Shown: positions 53,779 to 63,482, counted from the first letter of the stretch. The stretch: DNA of 64,000 bases from a virus (IMGVR_UViG_3300030433_001358:1-64000), one strand, 5' to 3'. Notes: a model not told the origin generated them from the letters alone. Made by a program: numbers and translations.

Positions 53779-54353
53779 CTAACTACCTCCGTTGCTGTCA
53801 ATCTCAATAACATCCTCCGACAATCTCTAGTTACAATAGGTCCACGATGAAGCTGGAATCTGTTATAAGCAGATATATGGCTTGGCTTTGCTGTAACATA
53901 CGGAAGACTTTCAGCGTCTAGGTCAGACAAGCATGAATTGAAATGATTTGTTGTCGCAGTGTATTCAATTGGTTGTGCTACAAAATCTGTACCAAACTCC
54001 GTAGAGTAGATTAAGTGATGATCTGGATTACTTTTATGGTTAGGGTTTGAGACAACATCCAGATGCCATCCTTCTAATATGCAACCACAGTCACCTACCT
54101 TCAAGTCCCTCACTTTATAATCGACTAACCAACGCATCCCTTTGTCATCAATAAGGCTCATCATATCCAACATCTTTTCTAAAAGTGGCTGAACAGATTT
54201 GTGAACACCTTTATCAAAAGCCCAATCCCAGCGTTTATATTTAAACTCTTGAACAGGGAGCGAAGCAAAGGCTTCGTCCCGGTATTCAAACAAATCCAAT
54301 GAAAGACTATCTTTGTTTAGATAGAGGTTAGTATCCGCAGTCATAATCATCAA
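53775..54353 (-). CDS. putative 2OG-Fe(II) dioxygenase-fold protein
   Basis: GWHLD (HxD), distal LHRGP (His), R.LLRL (2OG-binding Arg). Confidence 0.6.
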   Translation of the reverse strand: MMIMTADTNLYLNKDSLSLDLFEYRDEAFASLPVQEFKYKRWDWAFDKGVHKSVQPLLEKMLDMMSLIDDKGMRWLVDYKVRDLKVGDCGCILEGWHLDVVSNPNHKSNPDHHLIYSTEFGTDFVAQPIEYTATTNHFNSCLSDLDAESLPYVTAKPSHISAYNRFQLHRGPIVTRDCRRMLLRLTATEVVR

Positions 54354-54807
54354 CGTCTACTTTAACTTTCCCGTCTTCATTTCGTGTCACTACAATGCGG
54401 AAGTCTGTATGAAAGACACGTTCAATAATTTCCTCATACTTATCAATATCGGCTTTCGCTTCCGAGAGAGTAAGGCACTCAATGTTTAGGTGAGTACGTT
54501 CTTCTTCATCCCACTCAAAATCTTCCTCGAAGTTACCAGATTCGTCCTCAAAATCTGGATATGAATGATCCCGCCAACTAGAAGTATGCATTTCTCCTGT
54601 GTAGGTGCATTGTTGGTGGTAACAAGGCTCACCATCATTGAAACCCATTGTCCACCCTACAATACCAACAACATTCAAACCCGGATGCTTGTCAAACACT
54701 TCTTGAAAAAGAGATTCAATAAAAGCCTCTCCGTTTGCAACAATCTGGTCATTAAGTTCTGCATTCACTTCTTCATATTGTTTCAACAGCGTTTTGATAT
54801 CAGCCAT
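54328..54807 (-). CDS. hypothetical acidic protein
   Basis: 159 aa; GWT.GFNDGEPC motif. Confidence 0.65.
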   Translation of the reverse strand: MADIKTLLKQYEEVNAELNDQIVANGEAFIESLFQEVFDKHPGLNVVGIVGWTMGFNDGEPCYHQQCTYTGEMHTSSWRDHSYPDFEDESGNFEEDFEWDEEERTHLNIECLTLSEAKADIDKYEEIIERVFHTDFRIVVTRNEDGKVKVDVDDYDCGY

Positions 54808-55064
54808 CAGCTCAACTCCTCAATTAGAGTATCTAGTTCCATTAGCTCTTCAGCCTTCTCCTTCAGATCATTCTGTTTAGCATAAGCCTTAGCAGCTTTT
54901 AGTGTTTTAGCTACAACATCTTTAGACAGACCATCAGTATTTGTATCAGCATCGTATGTGTATTCGGCTTTCAGTTCTTTCAGAAACTCTTGTGCATCAA
55001 TAATCTCTGTTTCATAGCCGTAGGCTTTCTTGAATAGTTCTTGTTTCATTTGTTGTTCAGACAT
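54807..55064 (-). CDS. small helical protein, possibly DsbA/GapR-like DNA-binding
   Basis: E.E....LKELK.....GLSK..V...KAAK pattern; weak resemblance only. Confidence 0.4.
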   Translation of the reverse strand: MSEQQMKQELFKKAYGYETEIIDAQEFLKELKAEYTYDADTNTDGLSKDVVAKTLKAAKAYAKQNDLKEKAEELMELDTLIEELS

Positions 55065-55074
55065 TTAGTTCTCC

Positions 55075-55494
55075 TTATTTATCGTTAGTTGCTTCTAGAC
55101 GTTGGAGTGCTTTTGAGTATACATCAATCATCTGTGCATTGTTTGATTTGGTAGCATTCCACAGACCAAACATGAGCCATTGTTTAACTGATTCCTTTGT
55201 AACTTCATCATAATCTTCTTCAAACAATTCGTAAGTCAGCGCATTTGATATTCGACTTATTTTCATAAAACGAAGACCGAGTTTCTCAATAGTGTTTTCA
55301 AGAACACAGATACTATTTGCATTTTCAGGCATGAAATCAACGGGTTGATTAGGGTTTCTAAGGGCTAGTGTGATGCACTCTAGAACATTAGCTGTTGTTT
55401 TACCAGTAATACCTCCATCTGCACCTACAGCCTTTTCAAAAATCTTATAAGAGTCTTCACCAAGAATCTCTTTTGCTAGTTTGTTTACTTTCAT
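55075..55494 (-). CDS. hypothetical protein
   Basis: 139-aa ORF, GGAG SD. Confidence 0.65.
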   Translation of the reverse strand: MKVNKLAKEILGEDSYKIFEKAVGADGGITGKTTANVLECITLALRNPNQPVDFMPENANSICVLENTIEKLGLRFMKISRISNALTYELFEEDYDEVTKESVKQWLMFGLWNATKSNNAQMIDVYSKALQRLEATNDK

Positions 55495-55515
55495 AATCTC
55501 TCCTTATTTGGATTT

Positions 55516-55552
55516 AAAAGTCGGGTTATCAAGAATATTTCCCAATAACCCG
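55516..55552 (-). terminator. intrinsic terminator after the SSB-like gene
   Basis: CGGGTTAT/ATAACCCG stem followed by CTTTT on the minus strand. Confidence 0.65.
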
Positions 55553-55573
55553 CAGTTTATTGCTGATTAGACC

Positions 55574-56578
55574 TTAAAATGGGCAGTCGTCTAGATCAGG
55601 ATCATGCTCAGTATTTACTTCAGCATTATAGCCCTCGTTTGGAGCTTTTTCAGCCTTCTTAGCTTTAACAGGCTTAGACGCCTTAACTTCTTCCTTTGGA
55701 GCTTCACTGGAAGAGCTACCACCACGTAGGGATTCAATCTGCTTCTGAATAACACTACCCTCGTAGTTGCTAGCCTTCTTGATTGTGTTGACTACATGAG
55801 CACGAAGCTCTTTAACAGCATCCTCTGGGTTTTCCTTGTTAAACTGAATCAGCATTGGTGTAGTGATATGCTCTGGTGCTGTCTGACCACGACCAAGACC
55901 ACTTACAAACTTAACATATTCAGTATAATACTTCTTACCCTTGCTCTCCTTGAAGAACACTTGAGCCTCAAACTGGAATGCTTTACCGAGCAGTTCGTCA
56001 ATTCGTTGAGGAACAAATACTTCATTTGGTTTAATGATCTTCGCTGCTACAGCCATCTTGTGAAACAGATTCTTTTGATCAAGGCTCCAATCACCAAGTT
56101 TCTTGTTCACTTTGAGAGGCGTAGGACGACCGACCACCATGCCAACATTCTCAATGTAGAACTGACCCCCAAGCCACAGACGTAGAGGAAGAGGTTTACT
56201 CTCACCAAAGAAGCTGCCTTTGTCTACGATAATTTCGGGGAAGTCTACAGCTACAGCAACACACTGCACTGGTTTCTGCGGCCAGCATTTGTAACGTACC
56301 TTGTTCTTACTTACAGGATCAATACCATCCTTAAAGTATGTATCAGGCATTTCAGCTACAGCTTTACGCTCATCTTCCTCTGTCCCATTGAACACCACTT
56401 CAGCATCTGGTTGTTCTTGTGTACCAAGGTCTACAATCATAGACACATAACCAACCAGAGTTTCACGTTGTTCAAGCTCTGCTGTCTCGACCACATAAGC
56501 ATTTAGCTCATCGAAATTGACAGACTTAGTTGAAGTGTTACCACCATTTTGTGCTGCACCGTATGAATCAAAACTCAT
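55574..56578 (-). CDS. putative single-stranded DNA-binding protein
   Basis: 334 aa in the replication module; flexible tail ending in acidic DLDDCPF. Confidence 0.65.
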   Translation of the reverse strand: MSFDSYGAAQNGGNTSTKSVNFDELNAYVVETAELEQRETLVGYVSMIVDLGTQEQPDAEVVFNGTEEDERKAVAEMPDTYFKDGIDPVSKNKVRYKCWPQKPVQCVAVAVDFPEIIVDKGSFFGESKPLPLRLWLGGQFYIENVGMVVGRPTPLKVNKKLGDWSLDQKNLFHKMAVAAKIIKPNEVFVPQRIDELLGKAFQFEAQVFFKESKGKKYYTEYVKFVSGLGRGQTAPEHITTPMLIQFNKENPEDAVKELRAHVVNTIKKASNYEGSVIQKQIESLRGGSSSSEAPKEEVKASKPVKAKKAEKAPNEGYNAEVNTEHDPDLDDCPF

Positions 56579-56636
56579 ATTTTAAATCTCCTATTTCACA
56601 TTTAGATTGGAGGGAGCAATTGTCCCTCCGTTTACA

Positions 56637-56855
56637 TCAAGCACTTTGCTTGAATTCTGTTTTCATATCTTGATAAATCTTCCTTTGGCTATCCTTCAGC
56701 TTTGCTGTGTACACAACATAACTAAAAGCTCGTCCTGTCAAATCCATCCATTGTTTCTGATATGTCTTAAACTCGTAGTCTACATAAGGAAGATTGTCTT
56801 GTACAGCTAGGACAAGAGCAGCCTTACGAAGTTCTTTACATTTTTTAGCGTTCAA
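56637..56855 (-). CDS. hypothetical basic protein
   Basis: AGGAG SD before TTG 56855 (NAKKCKELRK...R..YQ.MK). Confidence 0.65.
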   Translation of the reverse strand: MNAKKCKELRKAALVLAVQDNLPYVDYEFKTYQKQWMDLTGRAFSYVVYTAKLKDSQRKIYQDMKTEFKQSA

Positions 56856-56868
56856 TCTGTTTCTCCTT

Positions 56869-57072
56869 TTATTTAAGCATTTTACCGATAACGAAAAGAA
56901 TACCAAATACACCCAGCAACCCTAGTACGAAAGCAAACGGAATCCAGAAAGGACTCAGTACCCAAATCCAACTCCATGTTGCTACAACACCCCAACCACC
57001 AAGTTTCAGTGTTACAAAGATCAGACCAAGAATTCCCAGAATTGGGAAACTTACAGTAGTTTTATTTTCCAC
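56869..57072 (-). CDS. small membrane protein
   Basis: LGLIFVTLKL...WSW.WVLSPFWIP family. Confidence 0.7.
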   Translation of the reverse strand: MENKTTVSFPILGILGLIFVTLKLGGWGVVATWSWIWVLSPFWIPFAFVLGLLGVFGILFVIGKMLK

Positions 57073-57081
57073 ATTCCCTCC

Positions 57082-57237
57082 TTAACGAATCACACATTCA
57101 ATAGTTTTCTGTTGAACAATCTGTACATCAGGGTAGCGACTTTTGAGACGTTGTTTAGCCTCCCGTGCATCCTTCCGTGTGAATTGTTCGTCTACAACAA
57201 GGTCATTGCTTACAAGTTTATAAAAGTAGTGTTTCAT
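57082..57237 (-). CDS. 51-aa hypothetical protein (not in the ORF track)
   Basis: GAGGAGG SD; MKHYFYKLVSNDLVVDEQF... Confidence 0.55.
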   Translation of the reverse strand: MKHYFYKLVSNDLVVDEQFTRKDAREAKQRLKSRYPDVQIVQQKTIECVIR

Positions 57238-57413
57238 TTAATTTCCTCCTCAAGTATTACACGGTAATTTACAGAATTACGGTATTCTGGGTTTTCAAGA
57301 GTAATCCAACCGAACGGGGTTGAACACTGAACAATATAATTCTGGTTCTTAGAAATCGAGATGAAATCTTCACTCATCTCCCCATCAGCTTTACACAACT
57401 CTTGCAAGTGCAT
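57234..57413 (-). CDS. 59-aa hypothetical protein (not in the ORF track)
   Basis: GAGGAG SD; MHLQELCKADGE...; ATGA overlap with the next gene. Confidence 0.55.
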   Translation of the reverse strand: MHLQELCKADGEMSEDFISISKNQNYIVQCSTPFGWITLENPEYRNSVNYRVILEEEIK

Positions 57414-57507
57414 TTCACATCTCCTCTTTTAATAAAGCCATAGTGGCGTTTGAACGACAGGGACTAGCGTAGTCTATCCCGTCTCCTTTTTCATTTGATG
57501 TACTAAT

Positions 57508-57535
57508 ATTCTATCACATTTCTGGGGTATGTCAA
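57508..57535 (-). promoter_or_regulatory. sigma70-type promoter, extended -10
   Basis: TTGACA (57535-30), 16-nt spacer, TGaTAGAAT. Confidence 0.6.
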
Positions 57536-57570
57536 GGAATATTAGCAGATTATTTCAAGTATTTTCATGA

Positions 57571-59712
57571 TTAGTGAATCTCGCTGTAACGCTGTCCAAA
57601 TTGTGTTTCACAGCCAAGCTTACGTCTTAGCTTGTAGGTTACATTAACCTTCTCAATTGAATCAAGAATAATCTCAGAAATCTCATCACGAAATTTAGGT
57701 AAGTCCTTGATTACTAAGATATTTTCGTCATGAAAACTTCCAGTTAAAGTCTTTCTACCATATCTATTCTCCATACTTGTTAAGATGTTGTCAACCCACA
57801 TATCAAAAAAGAAGCTGCCTGTACCTTGGGCAAGAGTTGAGAACCTATCAGATTCCTTGCGAAGTGAGTAGCAGAACCCGTTAATGGGGTTTACCAGCCA
57901 CTTACCGCCACGACTATCCTTGATCACAACCTGCTCTTCTGCAATAGCCTTTACAGCCCAATTAAGCTTCCAGTAAGCTTCGTGAAGGGTTTTACCTTCA
58001 GCCAACGAAACTCCAGCAGCTTGAGCAATCTTAGCTGCACCGGCATTGTACACGGAAGCATAGTTTGTCGTCTTGCCTTTCTTGCGTGCAGCCTTGGCGT
58101 TGGCCGACTTAATTCCTTGTTTAAAATCCTCGTACTCCTTTTGAGTAATCATTTTAGCTGTAAGTGCCATGAGAATGTGGGGGTCAAAGTCATCTTCTTG
58201 CATTGTGGCAACATATTCAGGGTCATGAGGCAGCATGAAGTGGTGTTTAGTTCTGTCTTCCAAGCTGCTAAGGTCTGATCCAACACTAATTTTACCCTCT
58301 CCAGCAATTAAAACACCGCGAACAATATCACCATAAGCCTTGTCAACACCGGGCAGATTCACAATTTCAGAGTGCTGTACTCTTAAAGTGTTGGTAAACC
58401 CGTTAATACGAGCTTGTAGCTTTCCATCTTTTAGATTTTCCTTAAAGCCTTTAAGTACGCCAAGCCTATGCTTGAGAACGCAATACTTAGAATACACCCG
58501 AATCTCTGGTACTTCTTCAGCAAGCTCCTCTAGGCTAGGGCACAGTTCCTTTCCTTCTTCACCTGCAACAGTGATTTGTGGAATGGCTCTTTCTTCTGGT
58601 CTAGAGTCTTTCCATGCTGTCCACTCCCAACGTGGAGAGCCTTCAGCAGGTTTCCTTGCAATCCATGCATTAAATGCCTCTTCATCTTTTTCATATTTGA
58701 AGGTCTGTGGAACCCAATTTTTTGAGTACAGAAAAGCTTTAATTTGATCTGGGCTGTTTCCGTTAGGTTGCTCATAACCCACCAAAAATTTAACTACGCC
58801 ATCTTTTGTTGACGGCTTTACAATTGGGTTTCCATGCTCGTCTTTTGACTTGTTATGGACGTGTGTTTTAATCTCTTCCCAAGCTCTACCAGAAGCCGAC
58901 AGTTCCCCACTTTTCAAGTACGGTTTTGCCGGCTTCTTGCGGTCTGCGTATTTTGGGACTAGAGGCATCACAGACTCTAGTTCTGCCTTAGCTGCCTCGC
59001 CTTCTGTAGTAAGTTCAGCAATAGACTTCTCCAAAAGCTCGACATCAACTTCCCATCCTGTTTTTTCTTGCAGGCGGGCACAATCCATCTTGAACATCAA
59101 GAATGTTAGCAAACTATTAATGGCGTCAGATACGGAACTGCCTACAAACTGATCTAGATAAATCCCCTCGTCCTCGCTCATCCTTTTACCGCCGACACTG
59201 CCGCTATCAATCTCAGCCTGAGCAAGTGTGTACATTTCAATCAAACGAGCCTTCAGGTCTTCCCACAAAGCTTTATTGATTTTAACGTCCTCTTGGCAAC
59301 GATGCTTGTACTCTTCAAAAGTCAAACCCTCCCAGTCGTCAATTAGTGGCTTTTCAATCCCATAATCCTCATGAAAAGAAGCAAGGCCGTGTCGTTGTCT
59401 CGTTGTGTTGAGATACCAACTGAGGGCGAGGCTGTCAATAACCATAAGCTCGCTGAGGTCAATGCCCAAGACCTGCTCCACCATAGGAATGTCATAAGAA
59501 ATTCCATTGTGGATCACCATAGGAATGTTATTTTCAATGTGATATTGAAAGCAAGCTTTGATTCGTTTGCAATTCTCTTCTGTGCCGAGTGAAAGGATAG
59601 GCTTGTCTTGCATTTGCAATGACACTACATGAATCTTCGTCACTGTATCCAAAAGTCCATCAGCCTCAAGGTCTGCAACAGTGGCTTGCTCCCAGTTGTA
59701 AATCTGTTTCAC
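57571..59712 (-). CDS. DNA polymerase, family A (T7-like) with 3'-5' exonuclease
   Basis: DLEADG ExoI, HNGISYD ExoII, GSDLSSLE motif A, RKKGKTTNYASVY motif B, FHDE motif C. Confidence 0.93.
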   Translation of the reverse strand: MKQIYNWEQATVADLEADGLLDTVTKIHVVSLQMQDKPILSLGTEENCKRIKACFQYHIENNIPMVIHNGISYDIPMVEQVLGIDLSELMVIDSLALSWYLNTTRQRHGLASFHEDYGIEKPLIDDWEGLTFEEYKHRCQEDVKINKALWEDLKARLIEMYTLAQAEIDSGSVGGKRMSEDEGIYLDQFVGSSVSDAINSLLTFLMFKMDCARLQEKTGWEVDVELLEKSIAELTTEGEAAKAELESVMPLVPKYADRKKPAKPYLKSGELSASGRAWEEIKTHVHNKSKDEHGNPIVKPSTKDGVVKFLVGYEQPNGNSPDQIKAFLYSKNWVPQTFKYEKDEEAFNAWIARKPAEGSPRWEWTAWKDSRPEERAIPQITVAGEEGKELCPSLEELAEEVPEIRVYSKYCVLKHRLGVLKGFKENLKDGKLQARINGFTNTLRVQHSEIVNLPGVDKAYGDIVRGVLIAGEGKISVGSDLSSLEDRTKHHFMLPHDPEYVATMQEDDFDPHILMALTAKMITQKEYEDFKQGIKSANAKAARKKGKTTNYASVYNAGAAKIAQAAGVSLAEGKTLHEAYWKLNWAVKAIAEEQVVIKDSRGGKWLVNPINGFCYSLRKESDRFSTLAQGTGSFFFDMWVDNILTSMENRYGRKTLTGSFHDENILVIKDLPKFRDEISEIILDSIEKVNVTYKLRRKLGCETQFGQRYSEIH

Positions 59713-59727
59713 TTTTTACTCCTTAGA

Positions 59728-60405
59728 CTAAAGTTTTGTTTCTCTATAACTCGCGTGATCTTCCTGAATCTTGTCCAACCATCTGTTCAACCCTTCATAC
59801 AGTTTAGGGTGACAGTCCTCAAAGCTTTTTGCAAGCTCACGTCCAACAGAGACTTTTCCTACTTGCCAAGCTCTGTGCGCTTCCTCTGCTGTCTCATACA
59901 AACCAAGGTAGAGACTCGTGCCGTTTCCACGCACTCTTGCCTGAAATTTTTGATTTTTGTCTTTCCAAGACACACCAATTGGGTACTCCCCTCGTAGAGT
60001 ATTTCTAGCTGTCAAGAAAGTGTTTATGTTAATTGGTACAAAAATACATGTATCAGGTGAGTATACTTTAGAGTCTCCACCAAGAATATCTTTGTCTAAA
60101 CTCCATGCCCAAGATTTTCCGCCAACTAACTCTCTTTGTTCGTAACCTACTTCCATCCTACTCCAGTTCACAAAGTCTTGGAAGTCTCGAAACTTGTTTG
60201 TAACCCCTTCATACCTAGGGTGTTTTATTTGTTCTGAACCACTGCTTGAGCACCTTTTAAGCAGGCTTTCCCACCGTTGGCCAGAGAGTGTCACACAACG
60301 CTCATACAAACCCTCTTCAGTTGTTCGGTGAGTTCGTATTTGCCACTCACCATCCTTAAGCAAATCTTCATATAGTTTTACGTGTACAATTTTGTTTTTA
60401 GTCAC
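59728..60405 (-). CDS. homing endonuclease (HNH/His-Me family)
   Basis: RWESLLKRC, F.DFQDFVNW, WSLDKDIL.GDSKVYSPDTCIFVP; AP2-like C-terminus. Confidence 0.8.
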   Translation of the reverse strand: MTKNKIVHVKLYEDLLKDGEWQIRTHRTTEEGLYERCVTLSGQRWESLLKRCSSSGSEQIKHPRYEGVTNKFRDFQDFVNWSRMEVGYEQRELVGGKSWAWSLDKDILGGDSKVYSPDTCIFVPININTFLTARNTLRGEYPIGVSWKDKNQKFQARVRGNGTSLYLGLYETAEEAHRAWQVGKVSVGRELAKSFEDCHPKLYEGLNRWLDKIQEDHASYRETKL

Positions 60406-60420
60406 AAGCTAGCTCCTAAG

Positions 60421-62079
60421 CTAAATAAATGGTGGCTTATAAACCCACCCATCATCTTCTGGGACAACGTGAAGCCGACCATCTTCTAATTGCAACATAG
60501 TGTCACAGACGCCAAGTTCCCCCCACTCACGATCTTTAAGAACCTTTGTCCGAACTCGGCCACGAGTTTCATCAGGAAGAACCTCATTCTCTAGTGCAAT
60601 GATACAACTACTCATCTGTTCGATCCCGCTGCTGCCTCTTAAAAATTCCTTCTTCACTTGACGCCAGTAAGCTTTAGGTTCTTCACCCTCTTTTACCTTT
60701 GGTGCGTTATCTTCCACGCGCTTGAGGTGACAAACAGCATGGACAGTGACGTTATTGTTTGTCATAAATGCTGCAAGCTCTTCGTAGAGCATATCAATAT
60801 CTTTACGTTCGTTGTTACTTTCAAGTCCAGCAACAACCATAGAGATATGGTCAATAAAGATATGTTCACACCCACAAATGAAATGCAGGTATTTAATCTG
60901 TTGCATTAGCTTGTCAACTTTCATTGAACCAAAGTGATCCAGAAAATAAGTACGCCCATTTGAGATAACCTTATTTTTTGCTTCTAGTGCTTGCTCTCTT
61001 GTTGCCACTGCCAGAGGATTCTTTCGGAAATCAGGGAGTCTGACGCCAAGCTCAAGTGCAACCAAGGATTGTTGTGTCTTTTTTGTAGGCTCTTCTAGAA
61101 AGATAAAGCCAACTTTGTAACCAGCAGCTACAAGCTCCCAAGCAATCTCACGGTTTAGCGTAGACTTACCAACACCACTAAAAGCGGTGTAGGTGATAAG
61201 TTCGTTGCCTGTACGAATGCCGTGTAGTTTTTCCATGAGCTTGGGGTAGCGGTCAATGTAATGCCCTTCACGAAGTGGCTCAAGTAGACTATCTAAATCT
61301 ACATCATCACCACAGATAATCTTTTCTGGGCTGTACTTCTCCAAACCAAAAGCAAGAATCTTGCCGAGTTCTGAAGAGTGCCCATTCAGCAGGCAGTCAC
61401 GAGAGTCCTTCATACCGTGTGGGTGTGTGATGGTGTATATATTATCAGAAAGAAGCAGACCGGCAACTTCTTCTTTAGCCTCCTTGCCTTTTAGAATACC
61501 CTTCTTCAGCTCTTTTGCTGTCGCTTGGTCGCTATCAAAGGCCAGTACAATATCATTAAAAGACTGTACGAAGTCTAGGTTATGTGCTACGCACTCTGCT
61601 GCATTAGCTGTCCCCATAGAAATAGAAACTACACTTGGTTCAATCTTACCTTCGTATTTAGTTCCTTTTAGGCTGTCAAGAATAGCACGGCGAGTTGCTG
61701 GTACTTCTTCCTCACCCTCTACAATAATCAGCTTACGACCGCCCTTTGGCGTCTGCATCTGACCAAACATCTGCGCATTGACCTTTACAGTGCCAACAGT
61801 AGTAAAGTGAAAATCGTGATCTTTTGTGACAGTCCAATCACGTTTCTTAAAGCCAGTAAGCTCCCCAGCTTTGTTATAGTATGGAAAATAAGTTGCCTCT
61901 ACAGTTTTACCGTCTTTTTGGTTTACAGCAGACCGGATGCCATAAAACTCAGCATCTGCTTGAGTAAGCCCGCGCTCTGGTAGTGCTAGACATTTGTATT
62001 GCTGTACATCAGCAACAGTTTCTTTTGGAACATAACTTTCAGACATCTTTTCTCCTCTTTCTTTCTTAAAATAGCCCAA
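60421..62079 (-). CDS. primase-helicase (TOPRIM + DnaB-like), apparently lacking the N-terminal Zn-binding domain
   Basis: EGE, FDSD, KDSRD TOPRIM motifs; AFSGVGKST, FIDHIS; probable start MSESY. Confidence 0.9.
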   Translation of the reverse strand: MGYFKKERGEKMSESYVPKETVADVQQYKCLALPERGLTQADAEFYGIRSAVNQKDGKTVEATYFPYYNKAGELTGFKKRDWTVTKDHDFHFTTVGTVKVNAQMFGQMQTPKGGRKLIIVEGEEEVPATRRAILDSLKGTKYEGKIEPSVVSISMGTANAAECVAHNLDFVQSFNDIVLAFDSDQATAKELKKGILKGKEAKEEVAGLLLSDNIYTITHPHGMKDSRDCLLNGHSSELGKILAFGLEKYSPEKIICGDDVDLDSLLEPLREGHYIDRYPKLMEKLHGIRTGNELITYTAFSGVGKSTLNREIAWELVAAGYKVGFIFLEEPTKKTQQSLVALELGVRLPDFRKNPLAVATREQALEAKNKVISNGRTYFLDHFGSMKVDKLMQQIKYLHFICGCEHIFIDHISMVVAGLESNNERKDIDMLYEELAAFMTNNNVTVHAVCHLKRVEDNAPKVKEGEEPKAYWRQVKKEFLRGSSGIEQMSSCIIALENEVLPDETRGRVRTKVLKDREWGELGVCDTMLQLEDGRLHVVPEDDGWVYKPPFI

Positions 62080-62271
62080 CTAAATATCCTCCAAATCAAC
62101 CAACCTCTGCATTTCATTCATAATAAATTGCTCATTGATCTTACAATTCATAAGGGCTTGATGAATACGTGGATCATCTAACACTTCTGGATAATATTCT
62201 TCAAGAGCATATTCAAATCCGTATTTATCCACCATGTATTCCCACATGCTCAATGGAGTTTTAGTTTTCAT
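62080..62271 (-). CDS. hypothetical protein
   Basis: 63-aa ORF, GGAGG SD. Confidence 0.65.
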   Translation of the reverse strand: MKTKTPLSMWEYMVDKYGFEYALEEYYPEVLDDPRIHQALMNCKINEQFIMNEMQRLVDLEDI

Positions 62272-62281
62272 TTAATCCTCC

Positions 62282-63265
62282 TCACCATTTACTATAATAT
62301 TCTTGAAGTGCATTATAATCTTTCAACACTTCAGTATCTGCTTTACCGTAAAGAACTGAGTAATTCCACTCGCAGTCTCTAAACGTGCGTCCATCACAAA
62401 GGTCTTCATCATACGCAAGTTCGTGCAAAGAATCAAAGATTTCTTGGTCCTCTGGTGTTTCTACTACAAAACTATCCACAGCATATTGAACACGATCAAA
62501 ACCCTCTGACCAATCTCCACGCTGGTCTTCCAGAGCACGAGCTAGAGCAAAGTATTTACATTTGCTGTCCAGTGCTTCAAGAACATCAGTCCAATTGCTA
62601 TCCTCATCAAGCCCATATTTCACTTGCATACGAGCTAGAGCTTGAACAGATTTCTTTGCTTTTTCTTCCTTCTCTTTTTCAGCCTTTTCTTTATTGATGT
62701 TGGCAATAAACTGGTCAGCAATCCTTGAAAACGTCGAGGGATAGGACTTCATTTGAGAGATAGTATAATCATAGCTATCTGAAGTCTTAATATTTCGGGT
62801 CAGATCGCCAAAATAGCCAGCAGTATGCTTAATTGTTGTTTTATTCTTACTACGGCTTGTTTTGTACTCCGAAGTAGTGTAACTAGAAGGGATACCAAGA
62901 GTATCACGCATCAAGAGAGTCACCTTCTCGTGAATCTTTAGGTTGTTCTCAATTGCTCCTAGATTAGCTTCATGTACGACTTTCATGTTTTCAAGGTCTT
63001 TTGCATAAAGCTCATTAGCTTGTTTCAAAAGGTGCTGTACCTCTTCAACGGTGTTTGGTTCTCGTGTACTAGCCCATAAGCGGCCATCAATCTTCCAATT
63101 GTAACTGCTGGTAAACTTGCTACTAGCAGCTTTAGGTAGTGTCTCCACTTCCATTGGTTTAGGAAAAGCCTCGTCAGCTTTCTTCTTCAGTACCTCAATC
63201 TGCCCACCAAGAGCGGCATACGCATCATCTACATTTTTAATCCAAGTCATATCAATCCTCCTCAA
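62282..63265 (-). CDS. hypothetical protein
   Basis: 327-aa helical ORF. Confidence 0.75.
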   Translation of the reverse strand: MRRIDMTWIKNVDDAYAALGGQIEVLKKKADEAFPKPMEVETLPKAASSKFTSSYNWKIDGRLWASTREPNTVEEVQHLLKQANELYAKDLENMKVVHEANLGAIENNLKIHEKVTLLMRDTLGIPSSYTTSEYKTSRSKNKTTIKHTAGYFGDLTRNIKTSDSYDYTISQMKSYPSTFSRIADQFIANINKEKAEKEKEEKAKKSVQALARMQVKYGLDEDSNWTDVLEALDSKCKYFALARALEDQRGDWSEGFDRVQYAVDSFVVETPEDQEIFDSLHELAYDEDLCDGRTFRDCEWNYSVLYGKADTEVLKDYNALQEYYSKW

Positions 63266-63482
63266 TTTCTATGTTGCTGCATCCAATATCATCCAACCCA
63301 TACCCCATACTATCACATTCTTCAGAAATGTCAATACTTTCTTTCTTGCAATATCTGCATTTTGTGTATGCATCTCCATCCTCATCATATCCGTAGATAT
63401 ACCAAGAATGTCCATCCTCTAGGCAATCGTGCTGTGGAGTAGTAAGGATGATATCTAGTGTTTCTCGTTGTGAGCGGTTCAT
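63252..63482 (-). CDS. hypothetical protein with C/H-rich motif
   Basis: C...GH.W...CRYC. Confidence 0.55.
   Translation of the reverse strand: MNRSQRETLDIILTTPQHDCLEDGHSWYIYGYDEDGDAYTKCRYCKKESIDISEECDSMGYGLDDIGCSNIEIEED

Noticed and set aside
39533-54353. Dedicated DNA hypermodification pathway (NDT + MazG + 2OG oxygenase)
   Set aside because: The genes are dispersed, thyX is intact, and no 7-deazaguanine, hydroxymethylase or glycosyltransferase genes were recognised; kept only as separate single-gene hypotheses
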